From contig CAYMZX010000006.1 in the NCBI GenBank assembly GCA_964395115.1, positions 26,041 to 90,040 of the forward strand: a DNA stretch of 64,000 nucleotides. Direction: 5' to 3'. The notes below the pieces were generated by a model. The model made no database searches. It was not told where the DNA came from and saw only the letters and a program-made list of their open reading frames with translations. The stretch is from an uncultured Gammaproteobacteria bacterium. GTDB taxonomy: Bacteria > Patescibacteriota > Microgenomatia > UBA8517. The translations under genes and the position numbers were made by a program. This document shows positions 31,299 to 38,385 of this stretch, piece by piece (the first letter of the stretch is position 1; each line of letters opens with the position of its first letter).

Positions 31299-31410
31299 CA
31301 GAAGCCCATTTTCAATCGCACGCTTCAGCGGGTAGGAAGCGGTTGTTAGTCTCTCCAAATTCTTGACTTCGCTTCCTTTGATGTGGCATGCTATTGAAGG
31401 ATCGGTATAA

Positions 31411-32049
31411 ATGGACTTGCCTTCACATATTATTGAAGAAGGGGCATTTTCTTTTTGGAAAAATTTATTGATGGTATTTATTTTTTTTACCATCACCCCC
31501 ATCGTAATCGGGACTAGTCTATTTGCACTTGTTTTACTTAATGATTCCCCGAAAGCAGAGTCGGATTCTGCAAGTATGCAGTTAAATGTTTATTCGAAAT
31601 CCGGAGTTAGAATATTTGCCTCATTGCCAACGTCTGTTCCTTCCATTGGCGATAAAATAGAGTCGGCCGATGCCCGAGCTGAACTTATCAGACAATACTT
31701 AGCTGACTTCAACTCCCCGCTAGAACCTTATGCTTATTTAATAGTCGCCGCCGCAGATAAATACAAACTGGATTTTCGCTTAACTACCGCTATCGCGCAA
31801 AAAGAATCTAATCTCTGCAAAGTTATTCCCCCAGGGAGTTTTAATTGCTGGGGATGGGGAATTCATAGCCAGGGAACTTTGGGTTTTGATTCTTTCGAAG
31901 AAGGAATTGAAGTAGTTTCGCGAGGGTTACGGGAAGAATATTTAAATAAAGGATATCTAACGATCGAGGAAATAATGTCTAAATATACTCCCTTGTCCAA
32001 GGGCTCCTGGGCTTCGGGAGTTACAAAATTCATGAACGATATACAATAA
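31411..32049 (+). CDS. Membrane-anchored lysozyme/glucosaminidase-like protein
   Basis: TM helix, then SPL...AIAQKES...NCWGWG...KYTP...W; start uncertain. Confidence 0.65.
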   Translation: MDLPSHIIEEGAFSFWKNLLMVFIFFTITPIVIGTSLFALVLLNDSPKAESDSASMQLNVYSKSGVRIFASLPTSVPSIGDKIESADARAELIRQYLADFNSPLEPYAYLIVAAADKYKLDFRLTTAIAQKESNLCKVIPPGSFNCWGWGIHSQGTLGFDSFEEGIEVVSRGLREEYLNKGYLTIEEIMSKYTPLSKGSWASGVTKFMNDIQ

Positions 32050-32092
32050 ATTTTGCCTTCTTATGGACTTAATGATATCCTGATCAGACTTA

Positions 32093-32875
32093 ATGAGTGC
32101 ACACTATGATACATATGATTACCCGACTTACTGGGAAGGTCGCGATTATGAACACCGGTCAGAAATTATCGCCATAAAATCCTTCTTGGATCGCATACCC
32201 AAGACAGATCGACTACTCGAAATTGGGGCCGGCTATGGCAGATTAATACCTGTTTATATCTATCGGGCCAAAAGAGTGATAATTACTGACCCCTCGGCAA
32301 AACTTTTGTGTCTGGCTAGAAGGAAGTTCGCAGGTCAGAAAAAAATAAAAATAATTCAGTCCACCGCTGAAAATTTGGGCAAAAAAATTTCGTCGAAATC
32401 CGTAGATTTAATAATAGTCGTCAGGGTTTTGCACCATATTCAAAATCTCGATCATTTCTTTCGCCTGGTCTATAAATTGCTGAAACCAGGCGGTTACCTT
32501 ATTTTAGAATTTCCAAACAAGGTTCATCTTAAGGCTACTATCAGAGAATTCGCAAGTGGTAATTTTACATATCCGCTGGAAATTTTTACGAAGAATTTTG
32601 CTGAAAAAAAACGGAAGAAAAAGTTTATTCCTTTCCAAAATTTTCACCCGGACTTGATAAGACATAAATTAAAAGAATCCTCTTTTATAATTATGGAAGG
32701 ACGTTCTGTTTCTAATATAAGAATTCCCATAATTAAGAAGATCATTCCTGTTGATTTCCTTTTGTTTTTGGAAAAATATCTCCAAAAACCTCTTTATTTC
32801 ATTGGATTTGGGCCATCGATTTTTTTACTGGCCAGAAAAAGAGGAAATAATTCTAAAGTCTTGACAACCCTATAA
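32093..32875 (+). CDS. Class I SAM-dependent methyltransferase
   Basis: LEIGAGYGR, VLHHI, LKPGG. Confidence 0.87.
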   Translation: MSAHYDTYDYPTYWEGRDYEHRSEIIAIKSFLDRIPKTDRLLEIGAGYGRLIPVYIYRAKRVIITDPSAKLLCLARRKFAGQKKIKIIQSTAENLGKKISSKSVDLIIVVRVLHHIQNLDHFFRLVYKLLKPGGYLILEFPNKVHLKATIREFASGNFTYPLEIFTKNFAEKKRKKKFIPFQNFHPDLIRHKLKESSFIIMEGRSVSNIRIPIIKKIIPVDFLLFLEKYLQKPLYFIGFGPSIFLLARKRGNNSKVLTTL

Positions 32876-32889
32876 CTTTGTGCTATAGT
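32861..32889 (+). promoter_or_regulatory. Sigma70-type promoter
   Basis: TTGACA (32861-66), 17-bp spacer, TATAGT (32884-89) preceded by TGn. Confidence 0.75.
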
Positions 32890-32949
32890 ATCGCCAGATC
32901 CTAAGGCAAGCAAGCTTTTAGCTTCGTGAGCGTTAGGATTTTTTCTTGG

Positions 32950-32977
32950 GGGTCGCCTAACGGCGACCCTCTTTTTT
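32950..32977 (+). terminator. Intrinsic terminator inside the 5' leader of the downstream gene
   Basis: GGGTCGCC-TAAC-GGCGACCC followed by TCTTTTTT, ending 8 nt before ATG 32986. Confidence 0.75.
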
Positions 32978-32985
32978 GTCCGTCT

Positions 32986-33501
32986 ATGAAAAACCTGTTA
33001 CTTGCTTTTATATTTGGATTACTTTTTTTTAGGTTCGCCAGTCCTGTTCTGGCTGAGCCGATAGTCGCCGAATCCTCGGCTATTACCCAAAAAAACACAA
33101 TCCCGAAGGATATACGGGTTAAAATTCTTCAGACTTTTTTAAGAAAACAAAATTCTCCATTAGCCGAATACGCTTATGAATTCATTCTAGTGGCAGATCG
33201 CTACAAACTTGATTGGAGATTAGTACCGGCAATTTCAGGAGTTGAGTCAACGTTCGGGAAAAAAATCCCGGCTAACTCATATAATGCCTATGGTTGGGCA
33301 AATGGCAACTATAGTTTCCAATCGTGGAAGGATTCTATAGAAATCGTTTCCAGGAAACTTAAAAATAACTACATTAACAAAGGCGCCGGTTCGATTGCAA
33401 AAATTGGTAAAATATATGCGCCACCGAGTCACACATGGGTAAAAAAGGTAAAATATTTTATGAGAAAAATAGAACCAATTCCTGTTGAGTTTACCATCTA
33501 A
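32986..33501 (+). CDS. Secreted lysozyme/glucosaminidase-like protein
   Basis: Signal peptide (PVLA-E), SPL...AISGVESTFG...NAYGW...YAPP...W; paralog of the gene at 31411. Confidence 0.7.
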   Translation: MKNLLLAFIFGLLFFRFASPVLAEPIVAESSAITQKNTIPKDIRVKILQTFLRKQNSPLAEYAYEFILVADRYKLDWRLVPAISGVESTFGKKIPANSYNAYGWANGNYSFQSWKDSIEIVSRKLKNNYINKGAGSIAKIGKIYAPPSHTWVKKVKYFMRKIEPIPVEFTI

Positions 33502-33522
33502 GTGGTAAAATAAGAGTTAACT

Positions 33523-33608
33523 GCCGAGGTGGCGAAATGGTAGACGCGCATGGTTTAGGACCATGTCCACATTAAATGTGGGTGGGGGTTCGAATCCCTT
33601 CCTCGGCA
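33523..33608 (+). tRNA. tRNA-Leu(TAG)
   Basis: CATGG-TTTAGGA-CCATG anticodon arm; long variable arm. Confidence 0.94.
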
Positions 33609-33778
33609 CACGAAAGTATCAGATGGGTATGCGCGAGCCGCGAATGGACGCGCGACGAGCGCATCGTGCGGTGGATTCGGGCAAAATTCAATCCGTTTAT
33701 TCTGCAGTAAGAAGTTCGAGCCGACCTTTTTTGCGATGACTGAAAGTTCATCGCAATTATTTTTTCTGCGCACAATTT
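33604..33778 (+). repeat. Left copy of the 175-bp inverted repeat (antisense copy of the LSR 3' end)
   Basis: CGGCACACGAAAGTATCAG...CTGCGCACAATTT; the minus strand encodes RRKNNCDELS...TFVC, as in the LSR C-terminus. Confidence 0.93.
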
Positions 33779-34340
33779 AACTGGCTTCGCCAGCTTTAGC
33801 CCGCTTTGCGGGCACTTCTTCCTCCCCAAGCTTTGATACTATATCACACTTGTATGCATCCTCATCCAAAATCGGATCCCAGAGATGATCCTTATCAGGA
33901 ACAATATGGATATGGAAATGATCCGGCCTTACTGTTCCAGAAACTGGATCAAAGCGATCAGCTCTAAATCTCCAAAAATGAACGATCTTTTTAACATCGG
34001 AGCCATCTGCTCGCTTTAGTTTTGCGTCAAGCATTTTTCGCTTAACATGAGAAAGAACATCAAGAAGCTCGGCATTTTCTTTATAGGTTTGCTCATCAAA
34101 TTCAACAAAGTGCCTTTTTGAAATGACCATAGTATGCCACCACCAATACGGGGCAAGATTAGCTATCCAAACACAATGCTGAAACTCCTTCAGTACAATT
34201 TGATATTTATTCCAATGACAAAAGGTGCAGACGTCCTTTGGGATGCTCGGAATAAAAACCTTATCATACTCCTCACGGCTGAGAAGCCTTGTAGGAGGAG
34301 TTTCTACTTTCTCCAACTTTTTTGGGTTGTCTTTTTGCAT
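33777..34340 (-). CDS. HIT-family hydrolase
   Basis: CTFC, N.APY...H, HFHIH triad; likely start MQKDN. Confidence 0.8.
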   Translation of the reverse strand: MQKDNPKKLEKVETPPTRLLSREEYDKVFIPSIPKDVCTFCHWNKYQIVLKEFQHCVWIANLAPYWWWHTMVISKRHFVEFDEQTYKENAELLDVLSHVKRKMLDAKLKRADGSDVKKIVHFWRFRADRFDPVSGTVRPDHFHIHIVPDKDHLWDPILDEDAYKCDIVSKLGEEEVPAKRAKAGEAS

Positions 34341-34377
34341 AATTAACCATATTTTAGCACGAAGTGCCAAGCTTCGC

Positions 34378-34954
34378 TTACAACTCGACCTCTATTACTT
34401 GCAAATTATCCCATTTTAATTTTCTTAGCACATCAAAAATTAGTTGAGGGTACTCTGTCCAGGGAACATCCGCAACTTTCAAAAGAAAATGCCTAAAAAA
34501 GGTGCCATGCCCAACAATAGCGATCTTTTGATATTTCTTTGTTTTTTTCTCCTTGAGCAAAAATTGATAAAGCCTTTCAACTCTATTAGCAACAGAAGCA
34601 AAAGACTCTCCCCCCTTTAGGCTCCCAATATATATTCATCTTGTCTTTTTTGTGTTTGACTTCCCAAAAATCCGTTGCAAATTTCCTTGGCTTGCCGATG
34701 ATTTCTTTTGGAGTCCCATATTCTTTTATGAAATTAAGAATCTTGTAATTTTCTTTTCCGAAAATTAAATCTGCAGTCTCTTTAGCCCTCTGCATGGGAG
34801 AACAAAAAACAAAGTCTACTTCTCCAATCTTATTCTTGACTTGTTCCACTTTATCTAAAGTTTCAGAGTCTATAACAATCGGAGTTACATGTCTTTGAGT
34901 TAGCAGATCTTCCGCATCTCTTGTTCTTGCGTGCCTGATGAGATAGATTTTCAT
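34378..34954 (-). pseudogene. Histidine phosphatase family gene split by a frameshift in a G6 run
   Basis: LIRHA...SPMQRAKETA in one frame and GES...VGHG in another. Deleting one C from 34610-34615 joins them. Confidence 0.8.
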
Positions 34955-35546
34955 TAGCCAGTTTGTCCTAATCTTGGCCTCCTACCGGTACTGCCTAGAT
35001 AACTAAAATCTCTGTAAAACCTTCGCAAACTGCCTCCTTCGTCTCTTATCCCCGGTCTTACATTTCTTAGTAACTCTGCTACCTCCGGTTTTCGGGCATA
35101 CTCGACAACTTCCTCCCAATTTACTGGGGTACTGATTAGTGGGTACTGAGGATTTACCCCATCTACAAAAATTACAGAAATTTGTTCTCCCAAGCGTCTT
35201 GCCAAAGCACATCTATGTAATCCATCCACTATTGCCGGTACACCATCGCTTATTTCGATAACTGGTGGTGCAACAGTATATTTTAAGTTATAGTAAATGT
35301 GGTCGAGTTTAAAAATATCAACACCATCCTCGCTTAATATATCTTCACGCATCGAGGCTACAAATTGAAGGTTACTTGTTAGAACATATTTCGCGATTGG
35401 ATATAAATCGTTTGGGTCAAATGTTCTTATTGATATCTCTGCGCTTCTGTAAAGCGAACCCTGCCATCTAAGGTTCTAGTGTCACGAACAGCCTCTAATA
35501 GTTGTAACTTTGGCTCGGTTTCTAGTTCGAATATCGCTTCATTCAT
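34954..35546 (-). pseudogene. ParB/Srx-like domain protein, apparently frameshifted near 35455-35465
   Basis: IVDGLHR motif. The ORF stays open upstream of M35352 to about 35460; a separate frame starting ATG 35546 stops shortly after the overlap. Confidence 0.55.
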
Positions 35547-35560
35547 TCTTTCTATATTGG

Positions 35561-35914
35561 TTATAAGAAGTATTTAGAGATATCAGTCCAGTTAGTAAAT
35601 CTCAGAGCCCTATCATCAATGTAAACCAAAGCATTGGGCTTTACGGCTGTTATATCGTGATAATGCTTATTTAGTTCGAATCCATTTTCCGATAGCCATT
35701 TAGTCATTTTATTTTTCTCAAGGTTTGTATCCTCATTCACCTCTGGGTTTAGTCGGATTGTAAAGATTACTACCTTATAACCTTTCTCAACCATTCTTTC
35801 CATTTGATCCCTAGCTCCTTTCATCGGAGGATCATAAATGGAACCGTCCTGCCAACCTTTGCTGTATCGATGGATCACACCATCAAAATCAATACAAATA
35901 GCTTTTTGCTTCAT
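35561..35914 (-). CDS. Small HAD-superfamily phosphatase
   Basis: ICIDFDGVI motif I and KP...YIDDRA motif IV. Confidence 0.82.
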   Translation of the reverse strand: MKQKAICIDFDGVIHRYSKGWQDGSIYDPPMKGARDQMERMVEKGYKVVIFTIRLNPEVNEDTNLEKNKMTKWLSENGFELNKHYHDITAVKPNALVYIDDRALRFTNWTDISKYFL

Positions 35915-35972
35915 GATAGTCAAAGTATATCAAAAACTTGTAAAAATTGACAACAAACGAACGCGGTTGGTT

Positions 35973-36443
35973 TTATTGGAGCAAACCCAATATCTTCTTT
36001 TTAAGCTCATTAGGAGACATGCGAACTGTATGGATGTTGGCAATAAAACCCGCAAAGCCGTTTATCGGTTGGTGGTGAACTCTGGGGATTATTTGCCAGT
36101 GAAGATGTTTCACAGATGAACCAGATTCTGGGCCAACATTGAAGCCGATGTTAAAGGATTTTGTGTCAAAGATTTTTAAAAGAATTGTTTTTGTCTGTTC
36201 AGTCAGTCCCTGAAGTTCTCCCCACTCGTTTTTGTTAAGATCTGATGTATCTTCAGCGTGGCGTTTTAATACCAACATCAAGTTCCCATCGAAAATGGGG
36301 TATTGATTGACAAAAATCATCCAGCTTTTCCCTTCCAGAGGTTTGATATTTTGTTTCTCGATTATTTGTCTGTCACAAAAGGGGCAATTTTTATTGTGGT
36401 AGTTGTGATTGTATTTTAATCTGTATGGATTATAAACTTTCAT
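35973..36443 (-). CDS. HIT-family protein (HxHxQ variant)
   Basis: CPFC, NQYP, FNIGFNVG..SG.SV.HLHWQIIPR. Confidence 0.85.
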   Translation of the reverse strand: MKVYNPYRLKYNHNYHNKNCPFCDRQIIEKQNIKPLEGKSWMIFVNQYPIFDGNLMLVLKRHAEDTSDLNKNEWGELQGLTEQTKTILLKIFDTKSFNIGFNVGPESGSSVKHLHWQIIPRVHHQPINGFAGFIANIHTVRMSPNELKKKILGLLQ

Positions 36444-36497
36444 AGCGTCAATTCAATAATGCTTAAGAATATCATAATTTGCTATACTGAAAACATA

Positions 36498-36782
36498 TTT
36501 AAAATTTTTGCCTTTTTATTTCTGCCTAGAGGTGGTGTTCGAGCCGACTTTTTTTGCGATGCCATCAGGACGAGCTAGAAATGGTGCGGCTGTCTGTAGC
36601 GGGCGGCAGCCGCTCCGCTTTGAAATACGTTCGAATTTGAACATATACAGAGCACACGAAAGTATCAGATGGGTATGCGCGAGCCGCGACAGGCCGCGCG
36701 GCGAGCGCATCGTGCGGTGGATTCGGGCAAAATTCAATCCGTTTATCTGAATAAGAAAAACTAAAAACGCAAAAATTTTAAA
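36498..36782 (+). ncRNA. Candidate structured leader/ncRNA upstream of the LSR, closed by a 21-bp inverted repeat
   Basis: Extended -10 TGcTATACT at 36480-88; IR 36498-36518 / 36762-36782 (20/21); GC-rich internal hairpins. Confidence 0.45.
36652..36746 (+). repeat. Internal 95-bp copy of the island repeat
   Basis: Exact reverse complement (by eye) of 38183-38277. Confidence 0.92.
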
Positions 36783-36786
36783 CACC

Positions 36787-38313
36787 ATGAAATATATAGC
36801 TTACTGTAGAAAATCAACAGATGAGAAGGAAAAACAAATTCTTTCCATTGATCAGCAAATTTATGAATTAAAGCAGTTTGCGCAAAAAGAGAATTTAGAG
36901 ATAGTTGAGTTTTTGACAGAAGCGCAAACTGCTAAGATTCCAGGCAGAAAAGTATTTTCAAACCTGGTGAAGCTGTTAGAAAATGGATATGCTGACGGAA
37001 TTGTTGCGTGGCATCCAGATAGACTAGCAAGAAATTCAATAGATGGTGGTAAAATTATTTATTTGCTAGATGAAGGAAAATTACAGTCCCTGAAATTTCC
37101 TACTTTCTGGTTTGAAAATACTCCACAGGGGAAATTTATGCTTAATATTGCCTTTGGCCAAGCGAAATACTATGTTGATAATTTAAGCGAAAATGTCAAA
37201 AGAGGTTTGCATTTTAAAGCCAGACAAGGTGAGTGGCCTGGCATGGCTCCATTTGGTTATTTCAACGACAAAAATACCCGTTCCATCAAAATTATGCCTG
37301 AACAAGCTAAACTAGTAGAAACAGTTTTTAATAAATTTGCTGACAACGAATTTTCTTCCTTGAGAGAAATCAGAGACTATTTGTTCAGGCACAGTGTAAA
37401 AAGAAAGGACGACAGGCCACTTCACTACAATCAAATTCGTGATATGTTGACGCGTAATCTGTATTACGGAGTTTTTACTTATGCAGGAGAAACTTACGAG
37501 GGTAAACATGAGCCAATAATCTCCAAGAAATTATTTGACCAAGTTCAAGAAGTCATAGCTAGTAAATACAACTCTAAGCCCCAAAAACACGAATTTGATT
37601 TTACTGGTTTTATTAAATGCAAAAATTGCGATTCTTTTATCACTGCAGAACGCCACAAAAAATATTACAAAAAGACTGACAGACACGCAGAATACACTTA
37701 TTACCGTTGTGTCAAAAAGAAAGGGTTTTGTGATCAGCCATATGTCAGAGAGAAAGAGGTTGAATCGCAATTAAGGGAACTTGTGGACAGCGTTGCGCTG
37801 TCTGAGGCGTGGGCTAGGAAAATGTTTGAACTACTTGAAAAAGACGAAATCAGAGAGAAAGGAAAAATCAAGATTGGGCTTGTCCGTCTCACAACTTCCC
37901 TTGAAGTGGTTGAGAAGAAGCTAGACAAACTTCTTGAGTCTTATTTAGAAGAAATTGTTGATACCGAAAGTTATCAAGTCAAAAAGGATCAACTGCTTCA
38001 ACAAAAAATAATTCTCAAAGAGAAAATTGAGGAGATTAAGACCAAAGGAAGTGTTTGGCTCGAACCTATGAGGGAATTTATAAATATGGCCGCTGATGCG
38101 GCCAAAATTGTGCGCAGAAAAAATAATTGCGATGAACTTTCAGTCATCGCAAAAAAGGTCGGCTCGAACTTCTTACTGCAGAATAAACGGATTGAATTTT
38201 GCCCGAATCCACCGCACGATGCGCTCGCCGCGCGGCCTGTCGCGGCTCGCGCATACCCATCTGATACTTTCGTGTGCCGCCAGAGAGATTCGAACTCTCG
38301 ATTTTCTGGTTGA
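36787..38313 (+). CDS. Large serine recombinase (resolvase + recombinase + zinc-ribbon domains)
   Basis: YCRKST catalytic Ser, DRLARN, APFGY, Y.G...G.HEPIIS, CKNC...YYRC...C, coiled coil. The final 39 bp overlap tRNA-Glu on the opposite strand. Confidence 0.93.
   Translation: MKYIAYCRKSTDEKEKQILSIDQQIYELKQFAQKENLEIVEFLTEAQTAKIPGRKVFSNLVKLLENGYADGIVAWHPDRLARNSIDGGKIIYLLDEGKLQSLKFPTFWFENTPQGKFMLNIAFGQAKYYVDNLSENVKRGLHFKARQGEWPGMAPFGYFNDKNTRSIKIMPEQAKLVETVFNKFADNEFSSLREIRDYLFRHSVKRKDDRPLHYNQIRDMLTRNLYYGVFTYAGETYEGKHEPIISKKLFDQVQEVIASKYNSKPQKHEFDFTGFIKCKNCDSFITAERHKKYYKKTDRHAEYTYYRCVKKKGFCDQPYVREKEVESQLRELVDSVALSEAWARKMFELLEKDEIREKGKIKIGLVRLTTSLEVVEKKLDKLLESYLEEIVDTESYQVKKDQLLQQKIILKEKIEEIKTKGSVWLEPMREFINMAADAAKIVRRKNNCDELSVIAKKVGSNFLLQNKRIEFCPNPPHDALAARPVAARAYPSDTFVCRQRDSNSRFSG
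38105..38279 (-). repeat. Right copy of the 175-bp inverted repeat, inside the LSR 3' end
   Basis: Reverse complement of 33604-33778; runs on directly from the tRNA-Glu 3' end. Confidence 0.93.
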
Positions 38314-38348
38314 GAACCAGACGTCCTGGGCCACTAGACGATGGCGGC
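38275..38348 (-). tRNA. tRNA-Glu(CTC)
   Basis: GCCGCCA/TGGCGGC acceptor stem; TCTGG-TTCTCAA-CCAGA anticodon arm. Confidence 0.93.
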
Positions 38349-38385
38349 TAAAAACACAGTTTCCGGGTATATTCTACCTTAATAC

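Larger units (their letters stand above)
33604..38279. mobile_element. tRNA-bounded LSR island with 175-bp terminal inverted repeats
   Basis: 33604-33778 is the reverse complement of 38105-38279 (4 mismatches by eye). Contains an LSR gene and cargo genes. Confidence 0.75.

Noticed and set aside
30486-31299. Short ORFs over the tRNA cluster, and 44463-44757 over tRNA-Gln
   Set aside because: Shadow frames of tRNA genes (RDSN/GLEP-type antisense peptides).
33555-33829. ORFs 33555-33773 and 33572-33829 as independent genes
   Set aside because: They are translations of the repeat plus antisense tRNA-Leu. The same applies to 36508-36750, 36516-36788 and 38096-38389.
34362-34371. AAGTGCCAAG match to the mini-insert core inside the island
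   Set aside because: Only 10 bp match and the partner arm CTTTGCAC is absent downstream; probably chance.
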